Of a DNA stretch of 51,592 nt, positions 44,002-51,592 are shown in pieces. Source of the stretch: Candidatus Woesearchaeota archaeon (GTDB lineage: Archaea > Nanobdellota > Nanobdellia > SCGC-AAA011-G17 > PNOQ01); contig CAZTYO010000002.1 of NCBI GenBank assembly GCA_964617925.1, positions 1 to 51,592 of the forward strand, written 5' to 3'. A program made the translations under genes and the position numbers. The first letter of the stretch is position 1; every line of letters starts with the position of its first letter. A model generated the notes under the pieces. It was not told the DNA's origin. It worked only from the letters and a program-made list of their open reading frames with translations, and did not search any database.

Positions 44002-44061
44002 TTGGACTAATGGTTGAATTATAATAATCCTTAAATAAACTAAATAACTATTTGTTTTAAA

Positions 44062-45267
44062 ATGGGTGAAAATAATATAAAAAGTTTTTTTGAATCTTAT
44101 CTTGATAGAGAAAGGTTATTTTTAGATAAAGGAGCATTACAAATTAATTATACTCCTGAAGATATACCTCATAGAGAAGATCAAATTCATGAAATTTCTA
44201 GAATTTTGGCTCCTGCATTAAAATTAGAAAAACCTTCTAATATGTTTTTATATGGAAAAACAGGTACTGGTAAAACTCTTTCTGTATTAAATGTTATTAA
44301 TAGTTTGACAGAAGTTGCAAAATTAAAAAATATTCCTTTAGAAATTCTTTATGTTAACTGTAAATTAAAAAATGTTGCTGATACTGAATATAGATTAATT
44401 GCACATCTTGCTAGACGGTTAGGTGAAACAGTTCCAGCTACAGGATTACCAAAAAATGAAGTACATAGAAGGTTGTTTGATAAAGTTGATGAAAAAGAAA
44501 GATTGATAATTTTTGCATTGGACGAAATAGATCAAATTGTTAAAAAACAAGGAGATGAAATATTATACACTTTAACTAGAATTAATCAAGAATTAAAAAA
44601 TTCACAAATTTGTTTTTTGGGTATTTCAAATGATTTGAGATTTGCTAATGATTTGGATCCTAGAATAAAATCTGCTTTAACTGAAGAGGAACTCAATTTT
44701 CCTCCTTATAATGCTATACAACTAAAAGACATATTGGAACAACGATCAAAAGTAGCTTTCAAGGAAAATTCACTTGGGGGCGGAGTTCTTGAAAAATGTT
44801 CAGCCCTTGCTGCAAGAGAACATGGTGATGCAAGAAGGGCATTAGATCTTCTGAGAGTAGCCGGGGAAATGGCTGAAAGAGAAGAAGCACAAAAGATTAC
44901 TATATCTCACATTGATGAAGCTGAAGAAAAAATGAATAAAGATATAGTAATAGATGCAATTAGAACATTACCTAAACAATCTCAAATAACTTTATTATCA
45001 ATATTTAATTTATTTGATAAAAAAGAAAAATTTTATACTGGAGATGTATCTCCCGCATATCAAGAAATATGTTATAAATGTGGGTTAAAACCTTTGACGC
45101 ATAGGCGTCTTTCTGATTTAGTAGAAGAACTTTCTATGTTAGGAATAATAAGATCGAAAGTTATTAGTAAAGGAAGATATGGAAGAAAAAAAGAAATTCT
45201 TTTGAATTTGCCGAAATCTGATGTGCCTAAAATAAAGAAGATGTTGGAAGATTGGTTAAATATATGA
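44062..45267 (+). CDS. cdc6: Orc1/Cdc6 replication initiator
   Basis: Motifs PHREDQIHEI, Walker A YGKTGTGKT, Walker B FALDEID, sensor GDARRALDLLR and a C-terminal wH (LGIIRSKVISKGRYGRKKEI). Confidence 0.95.
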   Translation: MGENNIKSFFESYLDRERLFLDKGALQINYTPEDIPHREDQIHEISRILAPALKLEKPSNMFLYGKTGTGKTLSVLNVINSLTEVAKLKNIPLEILYVNCKLKNVADTEYRLIAHLARRLGETVPATGLPKNEVHRRLFDKVDEKERLIIFALDEIDQIVKKQGDEILYTLTRINQELKNSQICFLGISNDLRFANDLDPRIKSALTEEELNFPPYNAIQLKDILEQRSKVAFKENSLGGGVLEKCSALAAREHGDARRALDLLRVAGEMAEREEAQKITISHIDEAEEKMNKDIVIDAIRTLPKQSQITLLSIFNLFDKKEKFYTGDVSPAYQEICYKCGLKPLTHRRLSDLVEELSMLGIIRSKVISKGRYGRKKEILLNLPKSDVPKIKKMLEDWLNI

Positions 45268-46748
45268 ATTTAGAGATTATTAAATTTTTTTTGGATAGGG
45301 AAATTTTATTGAGTCCAGAGATTGTAGATAAAATAAAAAAGGATTCTGGAGGTTTATTGGATGAATTGAAATTATATATTGAAAACAATCAAATTTTTGA
45401 TTGTTTTATTGACAAAAATTTTTTAAATAATTTGAAAAAAGAAGAAGAAATAGAAAATGATTCTTTTCTTTCCAATTTGAATCAGAGAGTTTCTGTAAAA
45501 TTAATGAGAGAATTTAAAGAAAATAATAAGAAAAAGCAAGTTTCTGATTTTTCTGGTCATTATAAAAATAGATTTGAACTGATGAAAAATATTCTTAGAA
45601 ATAAACCTGATCTTCAAGGTGCAATTTCTATAAATAGGATATATAATAAACAAAATAGGGAACAAGTATCTATAATTGGGATTGTTTTTAAAAAAGAAAT
45701 AACTAAAAATAACAACATAATTTTAACATTGGAAGATTCTACTGGATACATAAAAATAATTATAACTAAAAATAAAGAAGAATTATTTGAACAAATACAA
45801 GAAGTTCCACTCGATGCAGTAATTGGAATTAAAGGATCTACTGGAAATAATGTGATTTTTGGTGAAAATGTTTATTTGCCAAGTGTTCCAGTTAATACTA
45901 TCTTGAAAAAAGGAGAAGATGAATCTTATTTTGCAGTTATTTCGGATGTTCATGTTGGTTCAAATTTCTTTTTAGAATCTGATTTTTTGAAATTTATTGA
46001 ATGGATAAATGGAAATGTAGGTAGCAATGATCAAAAAAATATTGCCAAAAGTTTAAAATATTTATTTATTGTGGGAGACTTAGTAGATGGAGTGGGAATA
46101 TACCCTAACCAAGACAAAGAATTAAACATTCCAGATATATTTCAACAATATGATAAATTTGCAGAATTAATAAGTTTAATACGAAAAGATATTCAAATCA
46201 TTATTTGTCCTGGAAATCACGATGCAGTTAGAATAGCAGAACCTCAACCGGAAATAGATAAAGGAATTGCAAAAAAATTGTGGGAGTTACCAAATGTTAT
46301 TATGGTCACTAATCCTTGTTTTTTAAATATTCATTCTTCTTCAACTTTTGAAGGTTTTGATGTTTTGATGTATCATGGTTATAGTGTTGATTATTATATT
46401 AATAATGTGGAGAGTATTAGGAATAATGGAGGATATGATTCTCCAGATTTAGCAATGAAATATTTGCTAGATAAAAGGCATCTTGCACCGGCTCATGGGT
46501 CCACACTCATAATTCCAAATCCTGAAGAAGATGCACTAATCATTGATAAAGTTCCAGATTTTTTTTTAATGGGTCATGTACATAAACCTGCTATAAATCA
46601 ACAGGGTAAAACTACACTTCTTTGTGGAAGTTGTTGGCAATCTACTACTCCTTTCCAAGAAAAAGTAGGACATAAACCCGAACCTTCTAAAGTACAATTA
46701 GTAAATTTGAAAACAAGAGAGATAAAGGTGATGAAATTTGGTGAATGA
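45264..46748 (+). CDS. dp1: DNA polymerase II (PolD) small subunit DP1
   Basis: OB region, then calcineurin-like phosphoesterase motifs (ISDVHVGS, VGDLVDG, PGNHD, GHVH). The ATG at 45264 overlaps the orc1 stop (ATGA). Confidence 0.9.
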   Translation: MNLEIIKFFLDREILLSPEIVDKIKKDSGGLLDELKLYIENNQIFDCFIDKNFLNNLKKEEEIENDSFLSNLNQRVSVKLMREFKENNKKKQVSDFSGHYKNRFELMKNILRNKPDLQGAISINRIYNKQNREQVSIIGIVFKKEITKNNNIILTLEDSTGYIKIIITKNKEELFEQIQEVPLDAVIGIKGSTGNNVIFGENVYLPSVPVNTILKKGEDESYFAVISDVHVGSNFFLESDFLKFIEWINGNVGSNDQKNIAKSLKYLFIVGDLVDGVGIYPNQDKELNIPDIFQQYDKFAELISLIRKDIQIIICPGNHDAVRIAEPQPEIDKGIAKKLWELPNVIMVTNPCFLNIHSSSTFEGFDVLMYHGYSVDYYINNVESIRNNGGYDSPDLAMKYLLDKRHLAPAHGSTLIIPNPEEDALIIDKVPDFFLMGHVHKPAINQQGKTTLLCGSCWQSTTPFQEKVGHKPEPSKVQLVNLKTREIKVMKFGE

Positions 46749-46755
46749 TATTGTT

Positions 46756-49700
46756 ATGAGCAAAGATATGAAAAATTATTTTAATTATATTGATAAATAT
46801 ATTAAGAATTCATATTCTTTAGCAGAAAGTGCAAGAGTTAAGGGTTATGATCCTGTAAATTTTGTTGAAATTCCTGTTGCAAAGAACATGGCAGAAAGAG
46901 TTGAAAAATTAATTGGCATCTTGGCTCCAGAAATTGTAGGAAACGGAATTCCTGAAAGAATATTAGAATTAGAAAAAGAATTTGGTAAATTAGATTGGAG
47001 AGTTGCATTTGTAATTTCTTTGGAAGTTGCTAAAGAAAAGTTTTGTAAATTTGAAGATAAAATAAAGGCCATTGAAACAGGAATAAGAGTAGGCTTTGCA
47101 TATGTAACTGTTGGCGTAGTAGCTAGTCCTGTTGAAGGTTTTACAAAATTAGAATTAAAAAAGAGAAAAGATAATGGTAAGGAATATTTTTGTTTATATT
47201 TTTCTGGTCCTGTTAGGAGCGCAGGTGGAACTGCTGCATCTGTATTTGTATTGCTTGCAGATTATGTTAGAAAACAATTGGGTTATTCTGCTTATGATTC
47301 TACTGAAAAAGAAGTAAAAAGAACTTCAACTGAATTAAGAGATTATCACGAGAGAGTTACCAATCTTCAATATTTTCCTTCTTCTGAAGAAACTGAGTTT
47401 ATGGTAACTAATCTCCCTATTCAAATTGATGGAGATCCTACTGAAGAAATTGAAGTTTCTAATCATAAAGACATAGATAGAATTGGAACTAATCGGGTGA
47501 GGGGAGGATTTTGCTTGGTTATGGGTGAATGTCTTGCACAAAAAGCAACTAAAGTTGCAGCACAATTAGCTAAATGGGGGAAAGATTTTGATATGTTAGA
47601 TTGGGAATTTATGCAAGATTTTGTTAAATTGCAAAAAAAAATCAAGGCAGGTAAGGAAACTAAGAAAGAAGATAATTCTAAAATCTCTGCAGATTATACT
47701 TTTGTTAAAGATATTGTTGCAGGTAGGCCTGTTTTAACTTATCCTAATTCTAAAGGTGGTTTTAGATTAAGATATGGAAGAGGAAGAAATACTGGATTGA
47801 GTTGTGCAGCTATTCATCCTGCTACTATGAAATTGTTAAATAAGTTTATTGGAGTTGGAACTCAATTAAAGATGGAAAGACCAGGAAAAGGAACTGCATT
47901 AAGTTCTTGTGATTATATTGAAGGGCCAATTGTAAAATTAAAGAATGGTGAAGTAATTTATATCGAATCTCATGAAAAGATTGATGAAATATATGAAGAG
48001 GTTGAAGAGATTTTATTTATTGGAGATATTTTGATTAGTCACGGGGATTTTTTTAATCGTGCACATCCTCTTGTTCCACCTGGATATTGTGAAGAATGGT
48101 GGATTAAAGAAATAAAAAATAAAGAGAGCAATAGTGAAATTATTTCAAAATTATCTGGTGTTGAATTGCCATTAATTAAAAAGATTTTTGAAGATCCAAT
48201 AAAAACAAAAATTGAAGTTAAAGATGCTCTCAAGATTTCAAAAAAATTAAATGTTCCTTTCCACCCTAAATATACATACCATTGGTTAGATATAGATTCT
48301 AAGCAGTTTTTATTCTTATTAGATTGGATGACTCATGCAATTATAAAAAGAGATGAACAAAAAATTGTTTTGCCTATGACTAAAATTTCTGAACCTTTAC
48401 AAGCAAAAAGAATTTTAGAAATGTTGGGAGTCCCTCATAAATATGTTACTAAAGAACATATCATTATAGAAGAGCAATGGGCCAGTGCACTTTTAATTAA
48501 TTTAGGTCTCAATGAATCTGATTTAAATTTAAAATTACTTGTAGAAAAGGTTAATGAAACAAGAACAGTTTTAGATGTATTGAATAAAGTTAGTGAAGTA
48601 AATCTTAGAGATAAAACTGGTACAATTATTGGTGCTAGGATGGGCAGGCCAGAGAAAGCAAAAATGCGTAAATTAACTGGGAGTCCACATTCTTTATTCC
48701 CAGTTGCAGAAGAAGGTGGAAGATTGAGAAGTTTTGAATCTGCAGTAGAGTCTAGAAAAATTACTTCAGTTTTTCAGTTAAGAAATTGTGAAAAATGTAA
48801 TGAAGAGTCTGTTTATCCTGTTTGTGAAAAATGTGATTCTAAAACAGTTGAATTATTCTATTGTAGGGAATGCGATAGAACTCATAAAACTAATTTTTGT
48901 AAGGCACATAAAAAAGATTTGCCAGGTTATAATAAGAGGAGTATAGATGTTAGGAGATATTATAATTTGGCTAAATCCAAATTAAATTTGGGAATTATGC
49001 CAAAACTTATCAAAGGAATTAGAGAATCTTCGAATAGTGATCATATTCCAGAAAATTTTGTTAAAGGAGTTTTAAGATCTATACATAATGTATATGTCAA
49101 TAAGGATGGAACTATTCGTTATGATATGACTGAATTGCCCCTTACCCAATTTAAACCTAATGAAATTGGAACAAGTATTGAAAAATTAAAAGAATTGGGA
49201 TATGAAAAAGATATTTATAGAAATGAATTAATTAATGAAAACCAAGTAATCGAATTAAAACCTCAAGATGTAGTTTTACCTTCTTGTGATGGTTCTAGTG
49301 AAGAGGGAGCAGATCATATATTGTATAGAGTAACAAAATTTGTAGATGATTTGTTAGAAAAATTTTATGGTGTTGAAAAATTTTATAATTTAAAATCTAG
49401 GAAAGATTTAGTTGGGCACCTTATTCTTAGTTTGGCACCCCATACTTCCGCAGGTATTATTGGGAGAATAATCGGTTTTTCAAAAACTCAAGGTTGTTAT
49501 GCTCATCCCCTTTGGCATTCTGCACAAAGGAGAGATTGTGATGGAGATGAGAATGGCATTATGCTTTTAATGGATGGTTTGCTTAATTTTTCAAAACATT
49601 TTTTACCCAATAGAAGAGGGTCAACGCAAGATGCTCCTCTAGTTTTAACTTCTAAAATTATACCTACAGAAGTAGATGATATGGTGTTTGATATGGATAC

Positions 49701-50301
49701 TGTTTCCGAATATCCTCTTAATTTTTATTCTGCTTGTATGAAATATAAAATGCCTTGGGATGTTCCGATTGAACGATTGAATGATAATTTAGGAACTGAA
49801 AAACAATTTGAAAAGTATTGGTATACTCATGAAACTTCTTCTATTAATGGAGGTGTTACAAATAGTGCATATAAATCATTGCCTACAATGAAAGAAAAAG
49901 TTCTTGGACAAATGGATATAGCTGAAAAATTGAGAGCAGTTGATGAATCCTTTGTAGCTCAACTTGTGATTGAACGACATTTTATTAGAGATATAAAGGG
50001 GAATTTAAGAAAATTTTCAATGCAACAGTTTAGGTGTGTTGGTTGTAATGAGAAATATCGTAGACCTCCTTTGAAGGGAATTTGTTTAAAATGTAATGGT
50101 AAAATAATTTTTACAATCTCTGAAGGCTCTGTTATAAAATATCTTGTACCTTCTTTGGATTTATCTACAAAATATGATTTGCCAGTTTATTTACAACAAA
50201 CTTTAGAATTAACTAAGAAAAGAATTGAAAGTGTTTTTGGAAAAGATCCTGAGAAACAAGAAGGTTTGAATAATTGGTTTGGAGATCAAAGTAAAAAATA
50301 A
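46756..50301 (+). CDS. dp2: DNA polymerase II (PolD) large subunit DP2
   Basis: About 1180 aa. N-terminus YF...AESARVKGYDP...VEIPVAKNMAERVE, several Cys clusters (CEKCNEESVYPVCEKC, CRECD, CVGCNEKYRRPP...CLKCNG) and LAPHTSAGIIGRIIGF. No intein-sized insertion is present. Confidence 0.9.
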   Translation: MSKDMKNYFNYIDKYIKNSYSLAESARVKGYDPVNFVEIPVAKNMAERVEKLIGILAPEIVGNGIPERILELEKEFGKLDWRVAFVISLEVAKEKFCKFEDKIKAIETGIRVGFAYVTVGVVASPVEGFTKLELKKRKDNGKEYFCLYFSGPVRSAGGTAASVFVLLADYVRKQLGYSAYDSTEKEVKRTSTELRDYHERVTNLQYFPSSEETEFMVTNLPIQIDGDPTEEIEVSNHKDIDRIGTNRVRGGFCLVMGECLAQKATKVAAQLAKWGKDFDMLDWEFMQDFVKLQKKIKAGKETKKEDNSKISADYTFVKDIVAGRPVLTYPNSKGGFRLRYGRGRNTGLSCAAIHPATMKLLNKFIGVGTQLKMERPGKGTALSSCDYIEGPIVKLKNGEVIYIESHEKIDEIYEEVEEILFIGDILISHGDFFNRAHPLVPPGYCEEWWIKEIKNKESNSEIISKLSGVELPLIKKIFEDPIKTKIEVKDALKISKKLNVPFHPKYTYHWLDIDSKQFLFLLDWMTHAIIKRDEQKIVLPMTKISEPLQAKRILEMLGVPHKYVTKEHIIIEEQWASALLINLGLNESDLNLKLLVEKVNETRTVLDVLNKVSEVNLRDKTGTIIGARMGRPEKAKMRKLTGSPHSLFPVAEEGGRLRSFESAVESRKITSVFQLRNCEKCNEESVYPVCEKCDSKTVELFYCRECDRTHKTNFCKAHKKDLPGYNKRSIDVRRYYNLAKSKLNLGIMPKLIKGIRESSNSDHIPENFVKGVLRSIHNVYVNKDGTIRYDMTELPLTQFKPNEIGTSIEKLKELGYEKDIYRNELINENQVIELKPQDVVLPSCDGSSEEGADHILYRVTKFVDDLLEKFYGVEKFYNLKSRKDLVGHLILSLAPHTSAGIIGRIIGFSKTQGCYAHPLWHSAQRRDCDGDENGIMLLMDGLLNFSKHFLPNRRGSTQDAPLVLTSKIIPTEVDDMVFDMDTVSEYPLNFYSACMKYKMPWDVPIERLNDNLGTEKQFEKYWYTHETSSINGGVTNSAYKSLPTMKEKVLGQMDIAEKLRAVDESFVAQLVIERHFIRDIKGNLRKFSMQQFRCVGCNEKYRRPPLKGICLKCNGKIIFTISEGSVIKYLVPSLDLSTKYDLPVYLQQTLELTKKRIESVFGKDPEKQEGLNNWFGDQSKK

Positions 50302-51491
50302 AGAATAGTTGGAAGCAATAAACACCCCATCAGATGATTCCTACCTATTCCTAATTTTGCAGGAAGAATTCCGATAAATGTCGAAACTAGTAGGATGAAT
50401 AATCCAATAAATTGATTTGAAAGGATAAATACCATAATTATAATTAAGATAATTACTGAAAGAATTACCTTTCTATAATTGATTCTTGAAAATAAATTTG
50501 AAAAGATTTTTGTTATTTTTATTGTTAACATTGTTGCTATTCCTCCAACCAGTAATGACACTCCAAAAAATATTATTAATTCATTTATTGTTAGTCTTGG
50601 CATTATTTTTGAAATAACTATTACTGCCCCATTTCTTGCTTTATCTATTGTGAATATAGCTAAGAAACTTAAAACCATATTTAGTGTATTCAAACTTCCA
50701 ATTAAGATTAAGAAATTGTTTTGGGTAATGTTTTTATAAAATGATGAACCTATTATTGCTGCTTGTGCAGGTCCAAGTCCTGGTAAAAATGAACACATTC
50801 CTCCTGCAAAAAGAGATGAACCCATTGTTTTAATTAATTCATCTTTTTTTATTTTTGGAAATGTTATTTTTTGTATTGGTATCTTTGCATTTTCAAATAA
50901 ACTTATTGTTAATGTACTTGTTCCAAATAATCCAGATAGTAAAGGAAATAAGGGATTATTCAAATTAGGGAAATTCAGTACTCCAATTCCTAAAATTCCG
51001 GACAATAAGAATAGAATAAATGCCCACATTTTTGAAACTTTTTCTTTTATTATCAATAATGATGATGCACTAATTAAAATAATTGCCATATTTTTTTGTA
51101 AAAATGGATAGGTATTCTGAATAATTATTGCAATTAGGGGAGAAAGTAATACTGCTAAGATTAATGCAAATAAACTTCCAATTAAAGTCAAGATTACTCC
51201 TTCATATCCTCTGCCCTCTAACAATAATTTATGGCCAGGCAATACAGATAATGCAGTGCTTGATTCAGGCGCTCCTAAGAATATGGAAGGTATTGTGTCT
51301 AAGAAAGTATGAGTTATTGCCATAGATATTATAAATATTGATACAATTAAAGGAGAAGTTATTTTTAGTATTGTTGCCGAAATTCCTAAAACTAGTAATG
51401 AGATTAAATTTATGTGTACTCCTGGAATTAATCCAGTTATGATCCCAAAAAAAATTCCAAAGAACATGGAGATAAAGATTTCAAAGATCAT
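50286..51491 (-). CDS. TctA/DUF112-family integral membrane protein
   Basis: 401 aa and polytopic. The N-terminal GIFFGIITGLIPGVH and later FLPGLGPAQAA motifs are typical of the TctA family. Confidence 0.55.
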   Translation of the reverse strand: MIFEIFISMFFGIFFGIITGLIPGVHINLISLLVLGISATILKITSPLIVSIFIISMAITHTFLDTIPSIFLGAPESSTALSVLPGHKLLLEGRGYEGVILTLIGSLFALILAVLLSPLIAIIIQNTYPFLQKNMAIILISASSLLIIKEKVSKMWAFILFLLSGILGIGVLNFPNLNNPLFPLLSGLFGTSTLTISLFENAKIPIQKITFPKIKKDELIKTMGSSLFAGGMCSFLPGLGPAQAAIIGSSFYKNITQNNFLILIGSLNTLNMVLSFLAIFTIDKARNGAVIVISKIMPRLTINELIIFFGVSLLVGGIATMLTIKITKIFSNLFSRINYRKVILSVIILIIIMVFILSNQFIGLFILLVSTFIGILPAKLGIGRNHLMGCLLLPTILYFLL

Positions 51492-51592
51492 AAATTAGGG
51501 AAAGTTATGCATAATAAAAATTTACCTTTTTCCAAATAGTGCATTGTTGCGTTGTCGGGACTTTTGTATTACTCAACCTACTTTTTTCGCAA

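Larger units (their letters stand above)
43600..44061. other. predicted chromosomal replication origin (oriC) with ORB-like repeats and an A/T-only unwinding element
   Basis: A 490-bp non-coding spacer lies directly upstream of orc1/cdc6. ORB-like elements at 43626-43647 (inverted), 43925-43945 and 43981-44001 flank an almost pure A/T tract (about 43800-43915) that includes tatatatata runs. Confidence 0.7.

Noticed and set aside
51530-51592. A relatively GC-rich tail at the window end (gcattgttgcgttgtcgggacttttgtattactcaacctac...). It has short similarities (ttgcgtt..tcggg, cctactt) to the spacer upstream of the integrase at 35086-35175.
   Set aside because: The matches are short, in a different order, and compatible with chance. 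The feature is truncated by the window edge, so neither an RNA gene nor a second att-like site can be supported.
1-51592. CRISPR arrays, rRNA genes, inteins in mcm/polB/dp2/rfc, and transposase/IS elements.
   Set aside because: No regularly spaced direct repeats with unique spacers were seen, and no rRNA-like GC-rich blocks other than the single tRNA. The replication proteins have normal lengths with contiguous motifs. Apart from the tyrosine recombinase, no transposase-like ORF was seen.

Overview
This 51.6-kb window is very AT-rich; hand counts on typical lines give about 20-30% G+C. It is gene-dense, and short start/stop overlaps link many of the genes into operons. The gene content is clearly archaeal and non-crenarchaeal: TBP, MCM, Orc1/Cdc6, PolD DP1+DP2, PolB, RFC small and large subunits, FEN1, RadB, membrane-bound LonB and Cdc48. 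The compact, low-GC style looks like a small-genome (DPANN-like) archaeon, but that is inference only.

Most of the window is information-processing housekeeping. This includes CysRS (partial), IleRS, SerRS, ArgRS, aIF2-beta, MetAP, Trm5, topoisomerase IA, a PAC2 family protein, HtpX and one tRNA-Lys(CUU). A canonical-looking oriC lies at about 43.6-44.06 kb, directly upstream of orc1/cdc6-dp1-dp2. It has ORB-like repeats in inverted arrangement around a nearly pure A/T stretch.

Six stretches are not explained by housekeeping:
- A compositionally foreign GC-rich ORF (about 850-1507) abuts the start of cysS, which has no ATG start.
- A small PD-(D/E)xK-fold gene is followed by a Zn-ribbon+AbrB/MazE-fold gene that is translationally coupled to cdc48. 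This looks toxin-antitoxin-like or adaptor-like, and it lies divergent from radB.
- A four-gene operon (28.0-29.9 kb) encodes secreted or anchored beta-sandwich-like proteins.
- An accessory block of about 4 kb (34.5-38.2 kb) carries a catalytic-domain-only tyrosine recombinase, three wHTH genes (two of them convergent paralogs with palindrome/tandem-repeat arrays) and four tiny membrane proteins. It is probably an integrated element or a remnant of one.
- An orphan HerA/FtsK-type ATPase sits near two uncharacterised membrane proteins.
- A small Lys-tailed basic protein may be a chromatin protein.

No CRISPR array, rRNA gene or intein was seen. All functional calls rest on motif recognition by eye, with no searches run, and start codons are often uncertain.
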